A stretch of DNA of 51,702 nt from Chiloscyllium plagiosum (GCF_004010195.1 NC_057749.1:5544863-5596564); one strand, 5' to 3'. Counted from the first letter of the stretch, positions 1-12,983 are shown. Translations and numbers: made by a program. The notes: a model not told the origin generated them from the sequence alone.

Positions 1-135
1 CGCCCCGTGGCTCAACATTTCAACTCCCCCTCCCACTCTGCCGAGGATATGGAGGTGCTGGGCCTCCTCCACCGCCGCTCCCTCACCACCAGATGCATGG
101 AAGAAGAACGCCTCATCTTCTGCCTCGGAACACTT
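1..135 (+). mobile_element. Penelope-like element, GIY-YIG endonuclease C-terminal fragment
   Basis: Frame 1 reads RPVAQHFNSPSHSAEDMEVLGLLHRRSLTTRCMEEERLIFCLGTL (PVAxHFN...E..LI..LGTL motif). Confidence 0.8.
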
Positions 136-1557
136 CGGCAAATCAGGCAGGACTGGTAAGGGTGGATAGTGTTGCCAAACAAAGGGAACTTGGAGTGCAG
201 GTGCATAGTTTTTTGCAAGTCGTTATGGACCAGACCAGACACCCCTCAAAATGTTTTAAGGTAGCCTAAATCCTAACTTTTTCTTATTTTAAAGGAAGTG
301 GGTGTTCCAGATGTGATGCAACTGGTCAAACCACTCTGCTTTAAGCAACACAATGTATTTAAACACTACATTTAAAACATGAACGAAAGAAAGTGCAATG
401 TAGAATAACTTGTTTATTGGATAACCTAACCAAATACTCAATATCCTAACTTAACTAATTAACTGTTCTAATACAGCAACATCCCATAAATACAGCCCTT
501 GGCAAAACGTTAAATTCAAACACATTCTTACAGGCAGGAGGGAACATCATCCAGAGAGAGATTTCAGAGAAAGTGAAAAGGAGTTCTTTACTGAAGCTTG
601 CAACTCTTCTGGACTCAAACATCTTGTGGTTGCTACAGCTAAACAAAAAACTAGAAAATCCTAGACTGGGAGAACTACAGGCAGTCACTCCTCTTTCGTC
701 GTTTAAATGTTTTAAAAAGTAACCTAAAGGCTCTTACACTATTGAATAGAAGAATAGAATAGAATCCCTACACTGTGGAAACAGGCCTTTCAGCCCAATA
801 AGTCCACACTGATCAAATCAGGTTAGTTCCCGAGCCTCTTCAGCACCTCTGCCTTTACAATCCTCCCTTACAAGAAAACCTAGGACAAAATAACCTTTTT
901 AAACAGTGATAGAATCATCACAAGGTAGACAGGATGGTGAAGGCATTTATTATGCTTACCTGTATTGGTCAGTGCATTGAGTACAGGAGTTGGGAGGTCA
1001 TGTTGCAGCTGTACACAACATTGGTTATGCCACTTTTGGAATATTATGGGCAATTCTGGTCTCCCTGCTCGAGAAAGGACATTGTTGTGTTTGAAAAGGT
1101 TCACAAAAGATTTACAAGGATGTTGCCAAGATTGGTGGGTTTGAGCTACAGGTAGAAGTTGAATAGGCTGAGGTTGTTTTCTCTGGAGTGTTGAAGGCTG
1201 GAGGTGTGACATTATAGAGGTTTACAAAATCATGAGGGGCATGGATAGTCTGAATAATCAAGTCTTTTCCTGAGGGCATAGGTTTAAGGTGAGAGGAAGA
1301 AGGTTTAAAAGGGACCTAAGGGGCAAAGTTTGTGCACAGAGTGGTGCATGTATGGAATGAGTTGCCAGAGAAAGTGGTGGGGGCTGGTACAATTACAATA
1401 CTTTAAAAGCATTTGGATGGATATATGAATAGGAAGGGTTTAGAGGGATATGGGCCAAATGCTGGCAAATGGGACGAGATTAATTTAGGATATCTGGTCA
1501 GCACAGATGAGTTGGACTGAAGGCTCTGCTTCTGTGCTGTATATCTCTATGACTCTC
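136..1557 (+). mobile_element. CR1/HER1-type LINE 3' fragment, interrupted by a solo LTR at 221-922
   Basis: ORF 934-1155 LYTTLVMPLLEYYGQFWSP...KVHKRFTRMLP is the CR1 ORF2 C-terminus; ends in CTCTATGACTCT tail. Confidence 0.85.
221..922 (-). mobile_element. Solo LTR-like element, reverse-orientation relative of 47188-47797; contains a HE1/HER1 tail fragment at about 743-812
   Basis: Ends (c)GTTATGGACCAGACCAGAC...ATCATCACA are the reverse complement of the 47188-47797 ends; shared internal block AACATCCCATAAATACA. Strand given relative to that copy. Confidence 0.65.
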
Positions 1558-1569
1558 AGTAGAACAAAT

Positions 1570-2278
1570 GGGGAGAGCGACGAGAGTAAAAGGTAATGGG
1601 GTTGATAATAGTAGATGAAAGCCACAGGTGAAGAATAGATGTTAATCGAGGGAGTGAATAGCAGAAAATGAGAGAAAAATCGCACACACTGGTTTGGGGG
1701 GGTATTGAAAATATGATGATGAGGACCTTACGATTTGAAGTTGTTTGAACTTGATATAGAGTCCATATCCAAGCAGAAAATTAGGCAGTATTCTCCCTTC
1801 TGTTTTGTGCTTCCCTGAAAGACTGCTTTAGATCTGGGAAAGAAACAAGAGTGAAATGGGGTATCAAATTATCAAGCAACTGGAAGACTGAGGACAGGGC
1901 TCATGTGTTCCACAAAATGTCATTACCCAGTTTGCAATTGGTCTCGGTAATTTAGGGAAGACTGCGTTGTGAGCAGTGGATACAGTAGATGGAAACGGGT
2001 ACAGATAACACACTGTTCTACCTGGAAGGTGTGTTTGGAGGCTTGGATAACGTAGAGAGTGGAAAGGCAAGTGTTACACCTTCGGCGATTACATGACCAC
2101 TGAAAACGTGGTGAAGAAACATCAGGACTGATTGGGGAGTGAACCAGGTTGTTGTGGTTGCAATAACTAGTGTAGAATTTTGACAAGGGAGAGAAGGGAA
2201 AAGATGTTTGACATTACTCACTACTTCAGTCGTGATGGCAAAGGTGGAGGATGATCCTTGAAATGCAGAGGCTGGCAA
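1570..2278 (-). mobile_element. Decayed Penelope-like element (GIY-YIG region)
   Basis: Minus-strand translation CNRRRCNTC...IQASKHTFQVEQ...CT matches the Cys-rich linker and GIY-YIG start of PLEs. Confidence 0.75.
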
Positions 2279-2415
2279 GGAAAAACCTTACCTGGTCTGA
2301 CCTACATGTGACTCCAGACTCCACAGCAATGTGGCTGACTCTCAAGTGCCCTCCAGGCAATTAGGGATGGACAACAAATGCTGGCCTGGTCACATCCTGT
2401 GAATGAATAAAAGAA
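2279..2415 (+). mobile_element. SINE 3' fragment (same family as 12560-13390)
   Basis: CCTACATGTGACTCCAGAC(T)CCACAGCAATGTGG shared with 13300-13335; A-rich end GAATGAATAAAAG. Confidence 0.6.
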
Positions 2416-2569
2416 AACCTGAGAGGCAAAAGGTTTCTGAGTGGGCCTGACAGGGCAGATGCTCGCCCTTGCTGAGATGTCTAGAACTAGGAGGCACAAT
2501 CTAGTATGAAGTCTACGAGACAAAGAGACTTTGAATTTCTCACTCCAACTCAGCAGTGGAGGACCATGG

Positions 2570-3010
2570 ATTATAGTAAGGCAACTGCTCTGCCCAGGTC
2601 TGTAAAAAGATTGCAGAGTTGTTACCACAACCCAGTCGATCATGCATGTCAACTTTCCACCTGTTGACTCCATCTACACTTCTCAATGCTGTGGAAAGAC
2701 AGGCAAAGACCCCTCTCACTCCAGTTATAACCTCTTCCATCGGACAGAAGATACAAAATCTTAAACACAGGTACCAACAGGTAAAAGAACAGCTTTTCCC
2801 CTACTGTTATTAGACTGCTGAATGAACCTCTCAAAATTTCATATCTACTGTTGACCTTGCTTTTTGTGCACTTTCTTAGCAGCTATAGCTTTGCATTCCT
2901 CACTGTCCAATTACCCAATGATCTTTGTATGTTACCTGACTATACTACATGCAAAACAAAAAACTTTTCACTGTACCTAGGTACAGGTGACAACAATAAA
3001 CCAAATCAAA
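2570..3010 (+). mobile_element. Rex1/Babar-type LINE 3' end
   Basis: Encodes LPSDRRYKILNTGTNR*KNSFSPTVIRLLN-like terminal motif; tail ACAATAAACCAAATCAAA. Confidence 0.65.
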
Positions 3011-3938
3011 GGATTGGCCACTAAACATATTAAATGCAGTTAGATATCTGATCAGTGAAGGGTGATGGGATGCTGGTAGGAAAATGGAGATAAAAGCCAT
3101 GATCCAATCAGCCCTGATTTATTTGAAAGGCAGTGCAGACTCAAAGGGCAGAATGGCCTATCCCTAACTCATAACTTTATTGGTTCCATGTCACTGAAGT
3201 GTATTAAAAGGAGAAATTCAGAGTTTTAGAAATTCAAGCAATCACATGCTGCGAAGTCCAGGTGTAAAACAAAACAAATTTACTCTTACTCTGAATTGCT
3301 TAAAGCCCATTGAGAAGATGTTGCGCACTGTATCTGGTCTTTCAGAATTGTCTCAATTGAAAACCCAGGGGACCTACAATGAAGTTATAGATTGTTTTAT
3401 TAATTGCCTAGATAAATGGAAAGCAGTACCGCTGTCAGCGGTAATTGATCTAACTGGGCTAACAGTGACCATCTGAACCCTGAGGGACTAGTCCTCTTAT
3501 CCTCACTTTTCAGAATATTTTAAAATGAACTGAATGGAAATATAGAAAAATGCCAAATTAAATCAAATTGAGAAGTTGAATGCTCCAAGGATAGGGATTT
3601 CATTAAAAACAGATCCATAGGAATCCAATAACTGTACAAATAGAGAAATTCTTGTCAACATCTCTACAACAATTAAGAAAAATTCCACAATTAAATTACA
3701 CCATATATTTGTTTAAGTACCATCTTACCAGCCAGAGTAAATATTATAAATATAATTTCAGCCACTTGTATAGCCATTTGTGCTGTAAGTTCAATTACCT
3801 CAGGGAACACCAAGCACTTTTTAGCCAATGATGGAGTTTTAAGTAGTTACTATAGTAAAAGTCTATACATTTCTACTTCCAATGCATTCACTCAAAATTA
3901 TATTTCACCAATAATGTACCTACTCATTGTAATAAGAT

Positions 3939-4055
3939 TAAAAATCACAACAGCAGGTTATAGTCCAACAGGTTTAATTGGAAGCAAACTAGCTTTTGGA
4001 GCGCCACTCCTTCATGAGGTGATTGACAATCCAGTCCAATACTGGCATCTCCAAA
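3939..4055. mobile_element. Short Penelope-derived insertion (family B) with inverted segment
   Basis: Shares GGTTATAGTCCAACAGGTTT with 15078 and 17263; flanked by direct repeat TCATTGTA(A/G)TAAGAT (3924-3938 / 4056-4070). Confidence 0.75.
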
Positions 4056-4364
4056 TCATTGTAGTAAGATGCAGTTTTTGAAGAATTCAATTGTTTTAAA
4101 TGTAAAGTCATTTTAGTAGATAAAATTGAAAATACTTCCTGGCAATTGAGTGTTTTGTACCAAGAGGTTGATTAAGATGGTTCCATCACTTTTTCAGCCA
4201 ACCCAACGTTTGAGAAACTATTCCGAATGTAGGAGGAAGCCAAGCTCTTCAGTTTGAAGCTGTTGTTTAAACAAAGAACTGGTTTTTAGGCCAGCTTCAA
4301 ATACTACTCGTATTTGACAGGGCAACACAATTAGATTTCATTCTGATCCTGGTCAAAAGATTAT

Positions 4365-5050
4365 GTTAGACAAGCAGGAGGCTGGAAGGACACATCAAGC
4401 CAGGTAGCATCAAGAACTAGAGAAGTAAACATTTCAGGTGTAACCCTTCGTCAGGTGAGCTGCAGATAAGGGGAGTGTAGTTGGTGAGGTGGGGATAGGT
4501 GAAGACAGAGGGTATGACCTGATTGGTCGATGGGAGGAATGAATCCGGTTGGTAGCTGGAAGGAAGGGTCGATCAGAGGAATGGAAGGGAGGGAGGGGCT
4601 GGGAAGGCAAGGCAGTCAGGGGGATGGGGAGGGAGGTTATTTGAAATTAGAGAACTCAAATGTTGAGTCCTTCGGGCTGTAGGCTGCCCAGGCAGAAAAT
4701 GAGGTGTTGTTCCTCCAATCTGCAGTCTAATTTGCTGTGGCAATGAAAGAGGCCAAGGATGGTCATGTCAGAAAGGGAGTGGGAAGGGGAATTGAACTGG
4801 GTGGTGACTTGGGGGTGAGGTTATCCCCTGAGTTTATGTTTAATCTCCCTGGTGTAGAGAAGATCACATCAGGAGCACTGCATACAGTAAACTAGGTTGG
4901 AGAGGCAGGTGAACCTTTGTCTCACCTGGAAGGACTGTTTGGGACCCTGGATGGAGGTGAGGGGTCTAGTGAGCCAGCAGGTTTTGAATTTTTTTTTAAA
5001 AAAAAAACAGTTGCAGGGAAGGTACCTGGGGTTTTGGTGGGGACAGTGGC
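4365..5050 (-). mobile_element. Penelope-like element 3' part: GIY-YIG coding remnant plus terminal hammerhead motif
   Basis: ORF 4869-5054 LTSIQGPKQSFQVRQRFTCLSNLVYCMQCS; minus strand CTGACGA-AGGGTTACACCT-GAAA at 4432-4454. Confidence 0.85.
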
Positions 5051-5184
5051 ACAAACCAAGGATTGGGGAGTAGGGGGAGGAAGGAGAGAAGGTGGGGGGG
5101 GGTTAGTGGGGAGAAACTATTGCCAGGAGCAGATCCCAGGAGACTCTAGTCCTGGTCATTCTGTTGTAGGATGGATATTATCAT

Positions 5185-5610
5185 GCTAGAGAGGATTCAG
5201 AAAATATTTCCCAGGATATTGCTGGAAATGGAAGGCTTCAGTTATAAGGGAGAAATTTTTTTTTTCCCACTGTAGCACTGGAGGTTGAGGGGTAAATGTT
5301 ATAGAGACTGATAAAATCATGAGGGCTATAGATATGATGAATGGCAGGCATCTTTACCTTCTGGAGGGGTGTTTCAAGACTAGGGGACATATATATTTAA
5401 AGGAGAGAGGAGAAAGATTTTTAAAAAAGGACACTAGAGACAATTGTTTGTTTGTGTTTACACAGACTGATGTATGTGTAAAATGAACTTCCAGAGAAAG
5501 TGATGGATTCAGGTACATTTACAACGTTTAAAAGATGTTTGGATAAGTTCATGAATAAGAAATGTTTGACATGAACCAAAGGCTTTATTTCAATGCTGTG
5601 TGGATCTATG
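5185..5610 (+). mobile_element. CR1-type LINE 3' fragment
   Basis: Collinear with 1090-1557 (GAGGTTGAGGGG..., AAAATCATGAGGG..., AATGAACTTCCAGAGAAAGTG). Confidence 0.7.
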
Positions 5611-6455
5611 AAAAGACAAGAAACGGTGTAGTAAATTAAGCAAGGAACCGTTGTTACCCTTAAGGAATCTCCAGATTAATTTCTCTAAAGATTATTAACA
5701 TAAAAAAGTGTTCATTTCTATATTAAATGAGGGCTACACTTTGCACACCAATTTAGATCTGCTGTATTGCCTTTGCTAATAAGATTACTAAAAAGGGGAT
5801 ATTTATGTGAAACGACTGAAGGAAGAATGAAAATCAAGACCTCGTGACCATTTAAAAAGGCACAAAATCATTATTACAGAACCTCAATATTTGCTATCCA
5901 AGTTGGAGCCACATTTAGGATCCATTTGTAAACAATGAAGTATTTTTACTCATAAGCACCGAGTTTCCTCACAAAGACTTGTGATGAGCAAATTCTTTGC
6001 TCTTCTGTGAAAACACAGGTGTCAATTCAATATTTCACCATAAAAGCATCCCTCCCCCAAATCCTTAACTTTGAAAAGGTATCAGCAATGGGTTTGGAGC
6101 ACTTGCTAAACTTTGAAATTGTCACCTCAAACTCTTTCGGGTTGGCTAACCAATCTTTTTGCTAATAATTAGAATCACAACTCCTGAAGAAACATCAATT
6201 TTCACAGCTTAAAAATTGGGACTTTTTCTCCCCCATTATTTTGGATTCCAACACAGTATCCCAATCTAAAAATACATGTAAAGAGGCAATTCTTAATTAG
6301 GTGGTGAACTACAGCAATAGGTACCATATTGTTTTAAAATGGAGACAGAAATATGTGTTTGCATAGATGAAGGCACTATTCTGGTGAGATGGGAGTAAGG
6401 ATTTGCAAAACAACTTCAGAGACAGTACAAGATAACAGCTACATGGGTTTTATCA

Positions 6456-6461
6456 TTTATT
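6456..6461 (-). promoter_or_regulatory. Candidate distal polyadenylation signal AATAAA
   Basis: Minus strand ggacaAATAAAtgataaaacccatgta followed by GU-rich gctgttatcttgtactgtctctgaagttgttttgc. Other AATAAA hexamers at 7515-7520 and 7901-7906. Confidence 0.5.
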
Positions 6462-8222
6462 TGTCCAGAATGATACTGACACATTGACGTATTGGAATGA
6501 CAATGATATCATTTCTCAATAGGAAAAAGACAATTTTGAAGAATTACTGTACTGTAAAAAGTGATAAAATAATGCAGACAACGCTTTCTATGTAGCATTT
6601 GTATTAGCAGAGTAGCTATTAAATAACACATACAGTAACAATTCTTCAGCGGTTTTTGTAGAAATGCCCTTTTAAGTTATAGAGAGTTAACAAATTGCAC
6701 TGTGCAGTTAGAATGACAGTAATTTAGGAGTTAAATAATGAACCTCCAACTGATCGAACAGCAGTTCCAAGTTAATAGGGGGAAACATGTATCCATGTTT
6801 TGCATAATCTTATGACTCAAATATAATATGTTCACTCAGCAATATTACACCAATCTGATGCAAATTATAATTCATTAAACATTAATACTGAATTAATCCT
6901 AATGCCTTCACTATATCACCAAATTAAATTCCAAAAGTCACCAATACAGATACAATTTCTATATAACCTCAGTACACAGCAAAGTCTTAATAAAGCATAA
7001 TTACCATCTTGCTACTTTTAAAATATATTTACAAATATTCAAGTATTTTTGGATGGTGAAAATTGTACAGATGAATGGCCAACGTTATTCACTGGAAATC
7101 TAGATATGGCAGCTCCAAGTTTTTTAAAGAAAGAAACAGCATCTACATTTTTCATTGTGTCATGATTTCTTAAATTTACTTACTTTATCTTAACCCTCTG
7201 CCTGGGTTAACCCAGATTTAGATTTCACTTGCTCAAATTTGAGTCTTTAGTGATACCCAAAATTTGACAAGTAATTACCAGCATGCCATGATTTGCAGGT
7301 AACCAGTGGGGAGGAGGAACACACAAACCTGGATCCTGGCTATCAGAATCAATCGAAATTGGGAGCCTTCCAAAACAGCCTTTACAATGACAAGTCTCGT
7401 CTGTATAGCAACACTTCTAAAGTAGCTCCACCAACCTCAATAATCGTGGTATAACATACATTATGTTGGAACTGTTGATAGAGGGAAAATATGCCTCACC
7501 TGGACTGAAACTCATTTATTTGTATTCTTCAAATCCAAGTGTAACAAATTATTTGCAAGCAAAAATTAAAAATTGTCGAGTTCCTGAAAGTTCCCATTTG
7601 AGCAGGAAGTATACGGCAAAGAGAAGCAAGTAAGTCATCTGCAAATAATAACACAATCCAGCAGCTGGTCAAATTAAAAAAAGCAAATGATTCAATTTCT
7701 TTTGAAATTGAAAAATCATTAATCCTATACATGTATAATAAAGGAAAATAAAATGTCCTTTATCAAACTGCTAGGAACTTCAGATTTCAGATTAATCACC
7801 CTGTTTTAATGCTTAGGACTGGATCAATAAAATGCCAACACAAGCATATTGTTTTGCCATGGCTGTGTCAGGAAAGAAAGTTTGCATCACAGCAATGCAG
7901 TTTATTTCAATGTATTTTCTTCCTGTGCATATGAAAGTACCAACATAGGGGAAGAACTGCTTTGCTGAATCTTCAGAGTGCGGGCTATCAACCAGCAATA
8001 ATGTTCAAATTAGAAAATTCTAGCTCGATTAATTCATTCATTCAGTTCTGGGGCAAGAATATATTTAGCTAACACACTGGTGATTTTCTGATGCCCACTG
8101 GCAATACAAAAATAGGTCTCTCATCTGCAGTTTAATTGTGAGAAATCTGACCCCATTGTGCTGACAATCAGGGACCTAACTTAGTGCTGAATGGAAATAT
8201 TCTTGGGTCTAGGCTTCCTTCC

Positions 8223-8244
8223 ATTGCATTGCATTGCATTGCAT
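8223..8244. repeat. (ATTGC)4 microsatellite in putative 3'UTR
   Basis: attgcattgcattgcattgcat read directly. Confidence 0.8.
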
Positions 8245-11200
8245 GAAAAATAGCCACCATCAGCAATTTACATTAAAGCCTCTCTTTCACCTTGGACAAA
8301 TTGTTTTAAACTAGAAGAGTACAAATTAATGTTCACTTTATGATTGTAACTGCCTTTAGGCAAATCAATGATTTGATGAGAAAACACAAAAATAACAGTT
8401 TTGTTTTATAGTATATTGAGCTAGCCAATAGTTCCTGTACACTTGCAAGATACTGAGGTGCCAGAATGCAACTGTCAATTGGTCCTAGGTGTTAGATAAA
8501 TCAACAAATCATTTCATCCAAGCGTGGACTTTGAGACTCTTTAAGACTCTGTAGCAAAATAATCCCCCTATATTAAATGGGATAACAATGAGAATAAGTG
8601 CATTAATTTTTGATTACTACATAGCACAATGTTTTGTGCATAGGATAGAATGAAATACCTGAAATAATGGAGGTACATTAAAGAGGGCAGTCAACTATTT
8701 TAAACAAGGACTCTGGCATGGAATCAAGCAGCAGTTCGAGTAGTGTTCCAAAAGGATGATCAGTCACCTTGAGGTCTTTTCACAATAAGGAACGGTTTTT
8801 AAAAATCACTTCAATTATTTACAGCAAATCCTTAAGAAAATGAAACCACTCAAAGATATTTTACTGTGAAACATTTAAGGGGCATAATTTGTAGTTCTAA
8901 CATGCAAGGATTTCTGCTTAGTGAGCAAGTGTTTAGTGTTCACTTAACTGCTATTTTGCAATGTAGAGAACATTACTTACTTAAATATAGCTACGCTCCA
9001 AGTGCTACAATTGCTTGGCCAAATGGCATAACATTTCCTCAAAGTACAATTTGACATCTTAAATCTAGATAGAACATTTTCTAAGTGCTAGCTTCTGCAA
9101 ACAATAATCCAACATCGAGAATGCCAAATACCAGCATGCCTTCGAAAACGTTAGCTTCAGAATAAAATGATCTAAAACCAAATTTTGGGGGATTAAGATG
9201 ATTAAAAAAAGCCAGGAAATGTTAATTGTGTAAATGCACTTTTAAAAGGAAATGCATGTTGACAGGTTATACACTATTTGTACCATGTAGAGCACTACTT
9301 CTACAGCAATCACCAGAAAGAGACGCAGGTCAAAACAGCCTCTGTGTAAACCAAAACAGCACGAGCAAAACAGCTAGACCAGATGTAGCTAATAATGATG
9401 ATTTATACTACGTCCGTACTAATACCACAGGTTTCAATGTACAGATTAAATAGTCTTATGTACATCTCATATGCTCAAACGTAGCTCAATTTAATTTCTT
9501 CTAATTTCTCATTATATAAAATTAATCCATTTTATGCCTCTCTCTAAATATGAGCATTATAGACTGAACATCTTAGCATCTTTTCAAATAAGAATTTTTC
9601 TTGAAACAAACCTAAGTACAAAACATTATTCCAAGCAAATTGCCCTCATTCCTTTCCCCTACTGTGTCATACAACAGTCATATCAAGTTGAAGATTTGAG
9701 CAGAGACTGCAATTTGGAATAGAGTTTTAGAAGGAGATAATAAAGAACAAAAAAAATGTTATTTTTCTCTGATTTGGTTTGAAAACATTAACTGGCCACG
9801 TCTCTGCAGTTGATTCTATGAGCAAGTGCCACAGATACCATTTGCTCTCTCACACCTTGGTTCATTTCGTGACCTTTAACCCATCTATCCATGCTTCTGC
9901 CTTTTGTGTAACGGGTCAACAAAATTCAAAGTGGATCTTAAATTAAATCATGTATAATAAAATATATTTTCACCTGCTGAGACAGATTTAGAAAATAAAT
10001 TGAAGTCACAAATTGAATCTTTCCTCATCAGGAATGTACAGCATATAGCAATGTGGATGCAAATAAATTTCCTTGCAGTTATTGCATAAAGTTATATATT
10101 CAAGTCCCAAACCTAGCAGCCCAATGTTTAACATGCATTAGTTTTGTAGTCATCTTTTACTTCATAGTATCAGTTTTCAGGGGCACTCTTTTGGCCCTGA
10201 CGATATTACATGAGAGGATTATCATCTAGATAATTCCTGACATTTCAGTAGTGTTTGTGTGTTGCTATGTCCGTTTTTCCTTTCAGAATCAAAGGGTCAA
10301 ACACTTTCTACAAACATATGATGTGCAACAAGATAAAAATTCCTTGAAGTGAGAAAAACAGTTTAAAAATTAAATGACAAAAACCAATACACAGCTAACT
10401 TAAAATAAATTAATCTCCTGTGCATTATGACAAGTTATTTACACAGTTTAGTGTTCCAGCTTCAAAGTCCACATGAGGCAAAGCATGACTGCATTGCAAA
10501 GATATGGTTAATTTAAATAGCAGAGAAGTTTAACCAGGACAGTGTTTAACCAAAAAAAAAAGCACTGTTTGCAACTGAGCTTGGGGAGGGCACATACTGA
10601 AGAACTGACCAGTCTTTTTCAGCATACAAAGTGCATTAAATAAACAGATCTACCCCTTAAATAAAAAGTCTGCAAAATAAACCTCAATCTAGAAGTATGC
10701 AGAGAAAGTAAACAAACTGGAAAATAAGCAAATTAAATATGTTTTCCTCTTTGTTGTCCATGCCCTTAGCTCACTAAGTACTGCAGGAATACTGAAGATA
10801 TCAAGATAGGATGGTTACAAATTATGTTGCCCATTCCACACAAAGGAAATTTAAAGTGTCTGCATTAGCTTGAATTTACAATAATCAGTACCAGAATTTT
10901 CTTTTGAAATCTCAGTATGTGCTTATTGAAGGGGCCCAATTAGGTTCAAGGGTAAGAAGCATTTTTTTTTTTAAAGTGTGAGAGAAGTAATCTATGGCGA
11001 ACTCAAAACTGAAAGGCCGTCATGTACTCATTGATCATGATCCCTTACAGGTACAGATTTGATCACTGTACAGTTACAAGTTATGATTAACTTATCTGGG
11101 GTCTTTTGTTATTTAGTGCCATTACATTATCTCTACAAACTGGATTATACAATAAGCATTTCACAGAACAGCTTTGCAGGTACTCACAATGTTGCTCTAG

Positions 11201-11646
11201 GATACATCAAAACTAACAATCAATACTGGGTAGGAGTGCAATGTAATACAAGGGCAGGGAATTCTGCACCCATCCAGAAAATACCTGATTATTCCTAGCA
11301 ATATGGTTAGTGTTATTATGGTCAAAGTACCAGATATTATTCTGTGCATGTGTGCGTACACACAGATATTTTTTCTTAAATCTTTTTGCTCCAGTTGGAA
11401 GTGACCTACATCATCACAAACACTTTCAATACCAATAACATCACATTTTTTAAAAAAAGGTATTTGCACATTGTTCTACAGCCACCACGGTTTCAGTTTT
11501 AAAGAGTATACCACAAACATTAGACGCTTTTGGAGAAAAGTAAGCTGTCCGAATCATACATATGAGGCGGGGGGGGGGATTTTTGCATGTCCCAACTGAA
11601 CCCAGGAGAGGCTCTGTAAACTTTAGGGTACATTAACGCAGCAGGC

Positions 11647-11835
11647 TTACATCTGGTTGTTGTAAGCGTAGTTGGGAGTGTCCGAGTACTGCGGGCTTTG
11701 CATGGTCCCTTGCACTGCGCCGACAGCAGCCTGCTGGGCTGCCTGTTGTACATGTGGGTTCTTCCACGCGCCTGTGGTCCATTCCTCTTGTGCCTTGCTC
11801 ATGCTGCCGCCGCTGCCGCGGTAATAGTTGTGAAC
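11647..11835 (-). CDS. SCAMP5: SCAMP5 last coding exon ([62 protein letters not shown])
   Basis: 189 nt from ctgcAG acceptor to TAA. C-terminus closely matches SCAMP5 ([22 protein letters not shown]). Confidence 0.97.
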   Translation of the reverse strand, partial: VHNYYRGSGGSMSKAQEEWTTGAWKNPHVQQAAQQAAVGAVQGTMQSPQYSDTPNYAYNNQM

Positions 11836-12717
11836 CTGCAGTTGGTGATTAAATTATGGAATTTAGTCTTCAAAAAACAACATTTTTCAGAAGAAAAATG
11901 CCTCAATTAACAGAACCCGAAGCCATGCAGATGAACAGGTTGGCATTTGCACTCCGCTGAAGCTTCCTCCCGTCAGATTTCATCTCACCTCAGCCTTCAA
12001 GAAAATGATCTGCAGGTACTGGAAGTCAGAAACAAAAAACAGAAAGCTTACTTTCCGCAGATACTACAAGATTTGAGTTTCTCCAGCAAATTTGGATTTA
12101 TTCCTCCTACTTCTATTCCTTTCTCCTTCTCCGTGAATACATCTATGCCATTTACCTCAAAAGTTAATTGATAGTGAGCTGCCTAATGTAGCCACTCTCT
12201 GGGCAAAAGGTTTCCTCCGAATTCTTTATTTGTTTCATAATAATCACTATCTCTTTATGACCCCCAATTTCAAAATCCCTACAAAAATAAAAGTGAAAGA
12301 GCAAAAATAAAGCTGGGGACAAAAACAGGAACAGAAATTAGCTATCAAAATGAGTTGTTCATATTGCATCATCAGCTCAATAGTTGAGGAAGACATTCAA
12401 ATAGCTGTAGAACCCAGGGCTTCAATACTTTGTTATTCAAACACTGGGCTGCAGCTGACCTACAGCACAGCAGTACTGATTTGGAGCAAACAAAATCAAA
12501 GACTTCTTTTTAAAGAAGTGTCATGGTAAGACCCCATCAGCAATACAAGGGGAAGTAATGCCTTAGTGGTATGCCGAGTTGTTACCAGTCTCGAGACCCA
12601 GGTCTGAAACCTTGCCATGGAAGATGGTGGAATTTGAATTTAATAAAAATCTGGAATTAAGAGCTGAATGATGACCATATTGTTGGCTGTCAAAAGAAAC
12701 CCATCAGGTTAGTGTCG

Positions 12718-12799
12718 GTTAGTGTGGCCGAGTGGTCTAATGCGCTGGCTTTAAGCTCCAGGCTCTACCAAGTCGGGGGTTCGAATCCCACCGCTACCT
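12718..12799 (+). pseudogene. tRNA-Leu-derived pseudogene / SINE head (anticodon reads TAA on a Leu-TAG/AAG-type body)
   Basis: 82 nt collinear with vertebrate tRNA-Leu (GGTAGCGTGGCCGAGCGGTCTAAGGCGCTGGATTTAGGCTCCAG...GGGTTCGAATCCCACCGCTGCCA). A box TGGCCGAGTGG and B box GGTTCGAATCC intact; mismatches in acceptor, D, anticodon and T stems. Confidence 0.8.
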
Positions 12800-12983
12800 G
12801 GATCGTCGCTGTTCCACTGCAGGCCATATGCATTGCCGTTGTTGCGATTGCAGCTGCTCAGGCCTGTGATCCAGACTGACTCGGAAAACAGTGTCGGAGC
12901 CTCCTCAACCACTCTGCTTTCGGATATATGCATGGCCAGTTTCAGTGTCTCAAATAGTCAGCGCATTTGGCTGAAAGTTTAGT

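Larger units (their letters stand above)
6440..11646 (-). other. SCAMP5: Putative long SCAMP5 3'UTR
   Basis: About 5.2 kb after the stop with no recognisable interspersed repeats, unlike the flanks; ends near an AATAAA with GU-rich downstream sequence. Confidence 0.55.

Noticed and set aside
1..5650. Exons of a downstream neighbouring gene (PPCDC follows SCAMP5 in human)
   Set aside because: No recognisable exon; region is mostly TE debris.
11520..11910. ORFs 11520-11753(-) and 11698-11910(+)
   Set aside because: Alternative-frame and antisense shadows of the SCAMP5 last exon.
12718..12799. Functional tRNA-Leu(TAA) gene
   Set aside because: Mismatches in all four stems, anticodon does not fit the body type, no Pol III terminator, and it sits inside an insertion.
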